Shown here one piece after another: positions 34,267 to 43,600 of a stretch of DNA of 55,461 nucleotides. The stretch lies in NCBI GenBank assembly GCA_041159695.1, contig JBEAXT010000043.1, positions 1 through 55,461 on the forward strand, written 5' to 3'. The notes under the pieces were generated by a model. The model saw nothing but the letters and a program-made list of their open reading frames with translations. It did no database searches and had not been told where the DNA came from. The first letter of the stretch is position 1. Every line of letters starts with the position of its first letter. A program made the translations under genes and the position numbers. This DNA comes from Pseudomonadota bacterium (lineage in GTDB: Bacteria > Pseudomonadota > Gammaproteobacteria > Steroidobacterales > Steroidobacteraceae).

Positions 34267-35070
34267 TCACCACCGGTTGCGCAGTTCGCGCAGCTTCAAA
34301 AAAATCGTTTTCGGATCCGGTTGATCCGGGAGATCGGGAAAATCTTTGCGAAGCCCTTCGATGACGGTCGGGTTTTGCAGCCTGAAAAAAGTATTGATAC
34401 GACGCTCGTCCCGCAGGGTCGTGACGGGAGCGCGAGCGCCGTCCGCGCTTTGTACGTTCGATAACAGATCGGCCGCATCTCGGTTATTCGGCTCTCGATT
34501 CAGAGTGAAGGCGAGATTACGCGCGAGGTAGTCGTGCCCCGGATGGATGCGCGTGGCATCGGGCAGCGGCGCGAGGCGCTGTATGAAGGTGAGGTAGAGC
34601 AACTCGGGGTCACCGCCGTTGTGACAATTGCCCGCCCCGGCATTGAATAGTGTGTCACCGCAGAGGAGTTCGGGCGGCGCATGCGTTGAGCGTCCACGCA
34701 TGAGCAGACACAAATGCGAACGCGTATGACCCGGGGTATCGAGGCACTCGAGTTCGACACTGCGGCCGACTTTGACGAGGTCTCCATGTTTGAGTCCCCG
34801 ATCGACCCCCGCAATTCGATCGCTTGCCCCGGCATGCGCCAAGACTCGCGCACCCGTGGCAGCTCGCAAAGGCTCGTTACCGCCGATGTGGTCGCCATGT
34901 TCGTGAGTGTTGAGGATCTGCGTGATGGTCCAGCCGCGCTCCCGGGCCGTCCTTTCGCACAACGCCCAATCGAGTGGGTCCACGGCGAGCGCCTCCCCGG
35001 TCTCCTCACAGGCAATGAGGTAGTGGTAGTTCCGCCACGCATTGGCCGGCCAAAGGCGTTCAATGATCAT
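34267..35070 (-). CDS. gloB: hydroxyacylglutathione hydrolase (glyoxalase II, MBL fold with HAGH_C tail)
   Basis: THEHGDHIGGN, PGHTRSH and HPGHDY are present, plus the C-terminal TTLRDERRINTFFR. I prefer the start at Met 35070 because the N-terminal spacing then matches E. coli GloB. ATG 35097 is possible. TTG 35151 is unlikely. Confidence 0.8.
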   Translation of the reverse strand: MIIERLWPANAWRNYHYLIACEETGEALAVDPLDWALCERTARERGWTITQILNTHEHGDHIGGNEPLRAATGARVLAHAGASDRIAGVDRGLKHGDLVKVGRSVELECLDTPGHTRSHLCLLMRGRSTHAPPELLCGDTLFNAGAGNCHNGGDPELLYLTFIQRLAPLPDATRIHPGHDYLARNLAFTLNREPNNRDAADLLSNVQSADGARAPVTTLRDERRINTFFRLQNPTVIEGLRKDFPDLPDQPDPKTIFLKLRELRNRW

Positions 35071-35150
35071 ATTTTGCCAGTGAATTTTAACACGCATCTT
35101 TTCACATACTGCCGTGCTAGTCTGACTCTGGGGGTCGGAGTGCGGGATCA

Positions 35151-37700
35151 ATGTCGAGTATCAACGGGTCCATGGACGCGGCCCCGACACCCGTGGCGGT
35201 CACGCCACTGTCGGCTTCCGTAAATCCCTTCGTTCATCGAGCGGCTTGGCAGGCTGCGCGCGATGCCTGCGCGGCAGATCCCGGCCAATTTCACGGTGAC
35301 GTCGCGAGTCGCGAGATTCATTGGTTCGAGCCCAAGGCCGGGACGCAGGGTGCATGGATCACCCGCGATACCGAAGGTCGTTGGCTCGGATTCGATGCGC
35401 GATCGGGCGCACCGGTCGAACCATCGTTACCTCAACACTATCGGCCGTGGACCCGCGCGCTCGATGACTCCGAAGCGCCGTTTTATCGGTGGTTCAACGA
35501 TGCGCTGACGAATGCCTGTTTCAACGAGGTTGATCGTCACGTTCTCGCCGGCCACGGCGCCGAAGCCGCCTTGTGGTTCGAAGGAGATCGTTGGGATCAA
35601 TCGCAGGATGGCGGACGCGGCGGGCCGGTCGTTTCTTACAGCGTGTCGCGCAAGCAGTTGCTACTCGAAGTCGCGCGTTGCGCTTTGGCGTTGCGCGGTC
35701 TCGGACTCAAGGCAGGTGATCGAATCGCGATCAACATGCCGAACATTCCGGAACAGATTTATTGGACTGAGGCCTGCAAGCGTCTCGGTGTTGTGTATAC
35801 CCCGGTATTCGGCGGATTCAGCGACAAAACACTGTCCGACCGAATTCATAATGCCGGCGCCCGAATCGTCATCACCGCCGATGGCGGATATCGCAATGCG
35901 CAAATCGTCGCATTCAAAGAGGCGTATACGGATCCGGCGCTCGATGGTTACGTCCCTGCGGAAACCGCCATCGCCGCAGTAAGAACAGCACTCGATTCAC
36001 TTGGCCTCGAGACGATGCATGCCGATGCGATACTCGCCGGCGCAAAGAAAACCGTTGCCAACGAAATCACGCTCGAACGGTCGGACATCATGCGGGGTGT
36101 CGGCCGTGCGCTAGAGGGCATCGCCGGTCTTTCACCCTCGGCAGCAAGTCGAATTCGCACCGCGATCGCCAGCGCGCTCGTTACGACGCCTTCGCGAGTG
36201 GACACGGTCATCGTCGTCAAGCACGCCGGCCAAGCGGATATCGTTTGGCGTCCGGAACGCGATCGTTGGGCGCACGAGCTGACCGATGCCGCCCTGCAGA
36301 CCCTGCTTCAGGGTGCACGTGACGCCGGATATGACGTGCGCGATGTCGGCCAATTACTCGCGCTCGATGATCGGGCCTTCGTCGCGGCAATCTGGGCCTC
36401 CGTTCCACCGGAGCCCCTCGATGCCGAGTTCCCGATGTTCTTCATCTATACGTCGGGCTCCACGGGTAAACCCAAGGGCGTCGTGCACGTCCATGGCGGA
36501 TACGTCAGTGGCGTTGCGTATACGCTGCGAGTGGCTTTCGATGCTCGCGCCGGTGACGTGATGTACGTGGTCGCCGATCCGGGCTGGATCACCGGCCAGA
36601 GCTACATGATTTGCGGCGCGCTCACGACGCGAGTGACAACGGTCATCGCCGAGGGTGCGCCGGTGTTTCCGAGCGCGGGGCGCTTTGCGAGCATCATCGA
36701 GCGTCTCAAGGTCAATATTTTCAAAGCGGGCGTCACCTTCCTGAAGACGGTGATGACCGATCCGCAGAACGTCGAGGACGTTCGTGCGTATTCCAGGGCG
36801 AGCTTGCGCGTCGCCACGTTCTGCGCCGAGCCAACCTCGCCGGTCGTCCAACAGTTCGGCATGGAACTCGTCACGCCGTGGTACACCAATTCATATTGGG
36901 CTACCGAGCATGGCGGCATCGTCTGGACTCATATGTTCGGCAATGCCGACTTCCCCTTGCGGGCTGACGCGCATACGTACCCGCTTCCCTGGATCATGGG
37001 CGATGTCTGGCTCGCCGACAGCGAGCCCGATCAGTCCGGTACGGTCGTCGCGCGAGCGGCTGAAGTGGGTGAGAAGGGCGAAATCGTCATCGCTGCGCCG
37101 TTCCCCTATCTCTGCCGCACGATCTGGGGCGCAGAGGGTGAATTCAAAGTCGAGGGACGACGAGTCGTGCGCGCGTGGCGCGGCGACTTTGAGCGCTATC
37201 GAAAAACGTACTGGACGCGCTGGAAAGATCGACTCGCCTACACACAAGGTGACTTTGCAGTGAAGTATGCCGACGGCGGCTTTTCGCTACACGGCCGATC
37301 GGACGACGTCATCAACGTCTCTGGCCATCGCCTCGGCACCGAAGAAATCGAAGGCGCGATCTTGCGTGACAAGCAGGTCAATCCGGATTCACCGGTAGGC
37401 AATGTCATCGTGGTTGGCGCGCCGCATGCGCAGAAGGGTCTGACACCGCTGGCGTTTGTTCGTCCGGCACCGGGACGCAAGATCACGGCCGAGGATCGAC
37501 GTCGTCTCATCGAAACGGTCCGACAGGAAAAAGGTCAGGTGGCGATTCCCGAAGATTTCGTGGAAGTCACACAATTTCCGGAGACGCGTAGCGGAAAGTA
37601 CATGCGGCGCATGGTTCGCGCGCTCGTCGAGGGTCAGGACGTCGGCGACATCTCAACGCTGCGTAACCCGGAGTCTATCGCCGAGTTGCGTCATGCCATC
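35151..37700 (+). other. Pcs domain 1: AMP-forming acyl-CoA synthetase (boundaries approximate)
   Basis: It contains the P-loop-like AMP motif YTSGSTGKPKG and the C-terminal catalytic Lys motif RSGKYMRR. Confidence 0.7.
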
Positions 37701-40646
37701 GCGGATTGGCAGGCACGCCAGCGCGTTGCCGACGAGCAGCAACTCTTCGAAGATTTCCGCTATTTCCGTATTCACTACCACTCGCTGGCGAGTCCGACTG
37801 TCGGCAAGCGAAAAGCTAAGAAGCCCGCGGCGCGCATCGCCGTGGTGACGATCAATAATCCGCCGGTGAACGCGCTGAACGAGCGCGCGCTCGACGAGCT
37901 CAACATCGTGATCGACCACGTTGCACGTCGCGACGATGTCAAGGCGGTGATTTTCACCGGCCAGGGGACGGGCGCCTTCGTGGCCGGCGCGGATATTCGG
38001 CAGCTGTATGAAGACGTCCATACACTCGAGGAAGCGCTGCCCTTACCGAACAACGCCCATCTTGCATTTCGAAAGATCGAGGCGATGGATAAACCCGCCA
38101 TCGCAGCGATCAACGGCGTGGCACTCGGGGGAGGCATGGAGTTTGCGATGGCATGTCACGTGCGCGTGGCCGAGCCGCTCGCGACATTCGGACAGCCGGA
38201 AGTTCGCCTCAATCTTTTGCCGGGCTATGGGGGTACGCAGCGGTTACCTCGATTGTTGGAAGACGCAGGTCATCCCGCCCCGCTCGTACGCACGCTCGAA
38301 ATCATCATGGGTGGCCGAACGCTGGAAGCAGCCGAGGTCCTTGCGGACGGATTGCTGCACGCGTTGTCGAGTGACAGTGAAGACGTGCTCGCGCTCGCCA
38401 CTCGACTGGCACGTGAGTACGTCGCTGCGCCCGCCGGGCGTAACCTCGTTGCGAAAGTATTTTCAGCACGCCGTGCTGCACAGGTTGTTTGGCAGTCGGC
38501 AGGCCGCGATGACATGAACGCCGCGTTATCCGATCCCGAAGTTCAGCGCTTGCTCGCGCAAGCGCGAACGGTCGGACGCGGACCAACGGCCGATCGAATT
38601 TTTGATGCCGTGAAGACAGGGTGGCATCAGGGAGTCGGCGCAGGGCTCGCACGCGAGGCACAACTCTTCGCCGAGGCGATCGTTGATCCGCAGGGCGGCA
38701 AGGCGGGGATTCGCGCATTCTTCGACAAGCAGAGCGCGCCGCTACCGACGCGTCGCTCTTCGACTCCTCGGGCCGATCGGATCTCCGAGCTCGTTAAGCG
38801 AGGCGATTTACTGCCGGTCGGCGCAGCATTTTTCCCAGGGCTCACACCGATTCCGCAATGGCAGTACGGGCATGCGGTGGTCAAAGACGAGAACACCGGC
38901 GCACCCGCGCACGGGCTACCGAAGAACGCAGAGCGCGAGATCATCGTGCCGGTACCGACGCCGGGGCCGAATGAAGCACTCGTGTATGTGCTCGCCTCGG
39001 AGGTCAACTTCAACGATATCTGGGCGATCACAGGCATCCCGGTATCGCCCTTCGATAACCACGATCTCGACTATCAAGTGACGGGATCGGGGGGTGTCGC
39101 CCTGATCGCTGCGGTGGGCAGCGAGGTGAAACGGGAGGGCCGGCTCAAAGTCGGTGATCTCGTGACGGTGTACTCCGGCCAGAGCGATCTGCTGTCTCCG
39201 CTTGCCGCACGCGATCCGATGTATGCCGGGTTTTCGATTCAAGGCTACGAGACCGATACCGGCAGTCATCAGCAGTTCCTGCTCGTTCAGGGACCTCAAC
39301 TGCATCCGCTACCGCCCGATCTCACGCTCGAGGCCGCAGGATCGTACGTGCTCAATCTTGGTACGGTCGTTCGCGCCTTATTCACTACGCTACAAATCGA
39401 AAGTGGCAAGACGCTGTTCGTCGAGGGTGCCGCGACGGGCACGGGATTCGAAGCGCTCAAGAGCGCTGCGCGAAATGGTCTAACGAGCGTGGGGCTGGTC
39501 TCGAGTCTTGAGCGCGCGACGTTCATCGCCGGACAGGGCGCTGCAGGGGCCATCAATCGCCGCGATCCACGTTGGGCGCAAGCTTTTACAGTCGTACCGG
39601 AGAGCACGGAGGCCATCGCCGCGTGGGAACGCGCGGGCGAACCCATTCTCGACGAAATGCGTCGCCAAGCCGGCGGCCGACTCGCGGACTACGTGGTGTC
39701 GCATGCCGGACAAGAGTCGTTCCCGCGTTCTTTCCAGTTGTTGGCAGAGCACGGAACACTGACGTTCTACGGCGCCACCAGCGGGTACTGGTTCTCCTTC
39801 GTAGGCAAAGCCGGAGCCGCAACGCCGGAAGACATGCTGCGTCGCGCTCGCTTGCGTGCGGGCGAGGCCGTCCTTCTCTATTACGGAGTGGGTGCTCAGG
39901 ACTTGCTGGATCCTGTTGGGCTCGAAGCCATCGAAGCCGTACGCAAGGCGGGTGGGCGATTGGTCGTCGCCACGGCGACGGATGCGCAGCGTGAATTCGT
40001 CCAGTCGCTTGGCTATGGCGATGCCGTACGGGGTGTCGTATCGATCGAAGAAATTCGTCGCAAGGAAGGTGCTGACTTCGATTGGCCTACCTCGCTCCCG
40101 GCGATGCCAGACTCCAAAAAAGAGACCGGGCGGTTCAAGGAAGCCGTACGACAGTTTCAGGATCGCACCATGAAACCGTTCGGTGGTGCCATCGGTCGCT
40201 GGCTGCGCTCCGCAGACAATCCGCGTGGCTATCCCGATCTCATCATCGAGCGCGCAGGACACGATGCGCTCGCGGCGTCGACATCGCTCGTGAAACCGTT
40301 CACTGGGCGAGTGGTGTATTGCGAATCGATGCAGGGGCGACGTTACACGTTCTATGCCCCACAGGTCTGGATGCGCCAGCGTCGCATCATCATGCCGACG
40401 GCCACTATCGCGGGTACGCATCTGTGCAATGCCTTCGAAGTGGCACGCATGAACGACATGATTGCGGCAGGCCAACTCGAGGTCAGCCCGCCGACAGTCG
40501 TTCCGTGGAACGAACTACCGACCGCTCACCAATCGATGTGGGATAACACCCACGCCGGAGCGAACTACGTGGTGAATCATGCGCTGCCGCGAACCGGGCT
40601 GCGCTCGCGCGATGAACTTTTCCAGGAATGGGGAGCGTCTCGATGA
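35151..40646 (+). CDS. pcs: trifunctional propionyl-CoA synthase (3-hydroxypropionyl-CoA synthetase / dehydratase / acrylyl-CoA reductase)
   Basis: 1831 aa, collinear over its full length with my recollection of Chloroflexus aurantiacus Pcs. Shared blocks are DDSEAPFYRWF, LTNACFNEVDRHV, YTPVFGGFSDKTLSDRIHNAGAR, DGGYRNAQIV, YTSGSTGKPKGVVHVHGGYV (36447-36479), ADPGWITGQSYM, ETRSGKYMRR (Lys at 37596-37598), NPPVNALNERALDELN, FVAGADIRQL, INGVALGGGMEFAMACH, LLPGYGGTQRLPRLL, LASEVNFNDIWAITGIPVS, FPRSFQLL, LTFYGATSGY and RSADNPRGYPDLIIERAGHDAL. A ggag motif lies 10 nt upstream of the ATG. Confidence 0.9.
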   Translation: MSSINGSMDAAPTPVAVTPLSASVNPFVHRAAWQAARDACAADPGQFHGDVASREIHWFEPKAGTQGAWITRDTEGRWLGFDARSGAPVEPSLPQHYRPWTRALDDSEAPFYRWFNDALTNACFNEVDRHVLAGHGAEAALWFEGDRWDQSQDGGRGGPVVSYSVSRKQLLLEVARCALALRGLGLKAGDRIAINMPNIPEQIYWTEACKRLGVVYTPVFGGFSDKTLSDRIHNAGARIVITADGGYRNAQIVAFKEAYTDPALDGYVPAETAIAAVRTALDSLGLETMHADAILAGAKKTVANEITLERSDIMRGVGRALEGIAGLSPSAASRIRTAIASALVTTPSRVDTVIVVKHAGQADIVWRPERDRWAHELTDAALQTLLQGARDAGYDVRDVGQLLALDDRAFVAAIWASVPPEPLDAEFPMFFIYTSGSTGKPKGVVHVHGGYVSGVAYTLRVAFDARAGDVMYVVADPGWITGQSYMICGALTTRVTTVIAEGAPVFPSAGRFASIIERLKVNIFKAGVTFLKTVMTDPQNVEDVRAYSRASLRVATFCAEPTSPVVQQFGMELVTPWYTNSYWATEHGGIVWTHMFGNADFPLRADAHTYPLPWIMGDVWLADSEPDQSGTVVARAAEVGEKGEIVIAAPFPYLCRTIWGAEGEFKVEGRRVVRAWRGDFERYRKTYWTRWKDRLAYTQGDFAVKYADGGFSLHGRSDDVINVSGHRLGTEEIEGAILRDKQVNPDSPVGNVIVVGAPHAQKGLTPLAFVRPAPGRKITAEDRRRLIETVRQEKGQVAIPEDFVEVTQFPETRSGKYMRRMVRALVEGQDVGDISTLRNPESIAELRHAIADWQARQRVADEQQLFEDFRYFRIHYHSLASPTVGKRKAKKPAARIAVVTINNPPVNALNERALDELNIVIDHVARRDDVKAVIFTGQGTGAFVAGADIRQLYEDVHTLEEALPLPNNAHLAFRKIEAMDKPAIAAINGVALGGGMEFAMACHVRVAEPLATFGQPEVRLNLLPGYGGTQRLPRLLEDAGHPAPLVRTLEIIMGGRTLEAAEVLADGLLHALSSDSEDVLALATRLAREYVAAPAGRNLVAKVFSARRAAQVVWQSAGRDDMNAALSDPEVQRLLAQARTVGRGPTADRIFDAVKTGWHQGVGAGLAREAQLFAEAIVDPQGGKAGIRAFFDKQSAPLPTRRSSTPRADRISELVKRGDLLPVGAAFFPGLTPIPQWQYGHAVVKDENTGAPAHGLPKNAEREIIVPVPTPGPNEALVYVLASEVNFNDIWAITGIPVSPFDNHDLDYQVTGSGGVALIAAVGSEVKREGRLKVGDLVTVYSGQSDLLSPLAARDPMYAGFSIQGYETDTGSHQQFLLVQGPQLHPLPPDLTLEAAGSYVLNLGTVVRALFTTLQIESGKTLFVEGAATGTGFEALKSAARNGLTSVGLVSSLERATFIAGQGAAGAINRRDPRWAQAFTVVPESTEAIAAWERAGEPILDEMRRQAGGRLADYVVSHAGQESFPRSFQLLAEHGTLTFYGATSGYWFSFVGKAGAATPEDMLRRARLRAGEAVLLYYGVGAQDLLDPVGLEAIEAVRKAGGRLVVATATDAQREFVQSLGYGDAVRGVVSIEEIRRKEGADFDWPTSLPAMPDSKKETGRFKEAVRQFQDRTMKPFGGAIGRWLRSADNPRGYPDLIIERAGHDALAASTSLVKPFTGRVVYCESMQGRRYTFYAPQVWMRQRRIIMPTATIAGTHLCNAFEVARMNDMIAAGQLEVSPPTVVPWNELPTAHQSMWDNTHAGANYVVNHALPRTGLRSRDELFQEWGASR
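37836..38750 (+). other. Pcs domain 2: crotonase-fold enoyl-CoA hydratase/dehydratase (boundaries approximate)
   Basis: IAVVTINNPPVNALNE, FVAGADI, GVALGGGMEFAMACH and PGYGGTQRLPRL are present. Confidence 0.7.
38931..40643 (+). other. Pcs domain 3: MDR-superfamily enoyl-CoA (acrylyl-CoA) reductase, crotonyl-CoA reductase-like (boundaries approximate)
   Basis: EALVYVLASEVNFNDIWAITG, VTGSGG and a nucleotide-binding region (LFVEGAATGTGFEALKSA) are present. Confidence 0.65.
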
Positions 40647-43600
40647 TCGTCAGGACGACCAAGGCCAAGAAGGCCAAAAAATCGAAACCCAAAAAGCCCG
40701 CGCTCAAAGTCGTCGCGCCCAAAGCGAAACCCAAGCGAGCGATCAAAAAATCTGCTGCGGCGTCTCCAAAGAAGCAGCGTTCGCGTCCGCTGCGTCTCGC
40801 CGGAAAGGTGGCGCTCGTTTCGGGTGCCGCAGGCAATATCGGCGAGGTGATTGTTCGACGCTATCTCGAAGAGGGGGCTCGCGTCGTGATGGTGGGGCGC
40901 AATCGCGCCAAGCTCGAAGCCGCGCGCACCAAGCTGCTCGCCAAAACGGGCGCCCCTGCAAGCCATGCTTATGTGCTTGATTTCGACGCTTCGGATTCCG
41001 GCCAGGCCCGGTACGGTGTCGAAGCGACGATGCGTCATTTCGGGCGTATCGATGTGCTCGTCAACAACGCGGGATCCGCTGGCCCGAAGGCGCCGATCGA
41101 AAAACTGCCCCTGTCTCGCGAAGAGCTCGAAGCCATGCGAGCCGCAGGCTCGACTGACTCGGAGACCGTTGCCGATGCCGCGGGAAATTTGCTCGGACTC
41201 AGTTGGAACATGGTTCGGGCGACCGCGCCGTATCTGCAGGCCGGTGCGTCGATCATCAACGTCTCGACCATATTCTCGCGCACCAAATATTTTGGTCGGG
41301 CCGCCTATGTCGTACCGAAATCTGCGCTGAACGCCTTCTCGAAACAGCTCGCCCTGCAGCTCGGTCAGCGCGGCATCCGAGTCAACACCGTCTATCCGGG
41401 TCCTATCGAGAGTCAGCGTATCCGTACCGTGTTCAAGGCCATGGATCAGCTACGCAAGGCACCGGATGGTACGACCGCGAACGATTTCACCTCGACCATG
41501 GCACTCTCGCGGGCTGAGCCCGCGACCGGCGCGACACACAGCTTTCCGAGCGTCGAGGATGTCGCCAACACCATCGTCTTCCTCGGCAGTGACGAATCTC
41601 AGGCCTTCAGTGCCCAAGGCTTCGAAGTCACGAATGGCATGCAGGTCATGCAAGAGTCGCGATCGACCTGGGTCTCGCGACCCGAACTACGAACGGTCGA
41701 TGGCACGGGATCAACCGTTCTCGTCGCAGCAGGTGATCAGGTCGCCGATGCGCTGACCATCGCACGCATCCAGTCAGGCTGCGGTGCACGAGTATTACTC
41801 GGACTCGGGACGGAAGAGGCGGTTCAAGCCGCCGCAACCGCGCTGCAAGACAACGATGCAGATCGACGCATCAAACCGGTGTTGTTCGATCGTCATCGAC
41901 CCGACACGCTTGCGGCCTCATTGGCCGCAGTGGATCCCGCCCAAGCTCTGCACGGTGCCGTGGTCCTCCCGGCCTTCGGAAACTGGCGCTTCAAGTCGCC
42001 GCTTTCTGAAGCGAGCGATGCAGACGTCGAAGCGTTTCTGAAGGGCGAACTTGCCGGCGCGATCGGTATCGCACGAGAGCTGTCACGACTGTGGCACCGG
42101 CTCGCGCCCGCAGGCGTCAGTCCCCGGATCATCTTCATGTCGAACGGCAGCGATGAAGCCGGCGATACCTACGCCGATATTCTACGCGCCGGTATCGAGC
42201 AACTCGTTCGCGTCTGGCGTGATGAAAGTGAGACGCAGGTGCGATCGGGTGATCGCGTAGCGCTCGAATGGTCGAACCAAATTCTGCGCTGGTCGAATAC
42301 CGAAGAGAACGGTCTTTTGTTTGCCGGCGCTCAGGCGGCTCGCCTCTTGTATACGAAGCGACGGGTGCCTCAAGTCAATCTCTACATGCCTTCGGCGATC
42401 GTCGATGCGACGGGCTCTACGCGTCCGAACTTCGGTTGGATCGAATCTCTCATGGGCCTGCATCTCGGCAAATGCGTGTTGATCACGGGCGGCTCTGCAG
42501 GAATCGGTGGTCAGCTCGGCCGATTGCTCGCGATCTCCGGTGCGCGCGTGATGCTCACGGCACGTCGCGAAAATCAGCTGATCGATTTGCGCGACAGCAT
42601 CGTGCGCGAGCTCGAAGAAATCGGCTACAACCGACCTTACGAGAGAGTACGGATCCTGTCGGACATTGATGTGGCGGACGAATCTGCACTCGTCAAATCG
42701 GTCGCAGCCACGCTCAAGGCGTTCGGGCGTATCGATTATTTGATCAACAATGCCGGCGTGGCCGGTGCCGAACAGATGGCCGTCGATCTGCTGCCCGAAG
42801 ACTGGCGCAATACGCTGCATGCCAATCTCGTCTCGAACTATTCGCTCATCGAAAAAGTCGTGCCGATGATGAAGCAGCAGGGCTCGGGCTACATTCTCAA
42901 TGTCAGTTCGTATTTCGGCGGCGAGAAGTACATTGCCGTCCCGTATCCCAACCGCTCCGACTACGCGGTATCCAAGGCCGGCCAGCGCGCCCTCGTTGAG
43001 AACCTTGCCCGATTCGTGGGCCCGGAGATCCAGATCAATGCGATTGCCCCGGGGCCTGTGGAAGGCCAGCGCCTGAAGGGCAAAGACGGCAAGGCCGGGT
43101 TATTCGATCGCCGCGCAAAACTCATTCTCGAGAATAAGCGCCTGAACCAGTTGCATGGCGCCGTACTGAAAGCGCTCGCCGACGGCGCGACACTCGATGC
43201 TGTTCTCGGTGCGATGTGCACCAACGACATCGGGCTGCTGCAATCTCCGGAGGTCCCTGCGGCGCTGCGTGAGCTCTGTATCAAGCTGAAGGCGGAACCC
43301 AATGGTTCAGAGGAGCCCACTTATTCGTCGATGCATTATTTGATGACACGCCCGATGGCAACCCGTTTGATTGCACGGTTGCGTAACGGCTGCCTGATGC
43401 CACAACTCATCCATCACGATCTGGCCGAAAAGTGGATCCTCGATTTGCCGGTTCCGCCAGAGCCCTTTGTCGATCCTGCCCGCATCGAGGCGGAGGCAGA
43501 GAAGATTCGCAATGGCGTGATCGGAATGCTGCATCTCAACCGCATGCCGACAGAAACCGACGTTGCGCTCGCGACCGTATTTTTCATGGCCGATCGAGCG

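Noticed and set aside
39480-40475. 331-aa minus-strand ORF inside pcs
   Set aside because: It is antisense to the well-conserved Pcs reductase domain. Its composition is Arg/His/Gly-rich, it has no motifs and no ribosome-binding context.
40655-40790. The Lys-rich stretch as a separate small histone-like gene or a mis-called mcr start
   Set aside because: It is in frame and contiguous with mcr, has no stop, and there is no alternative ATG, GTG or TTG before the Rossmann strand. I kept it as part of Mcr and reported it as a finding.
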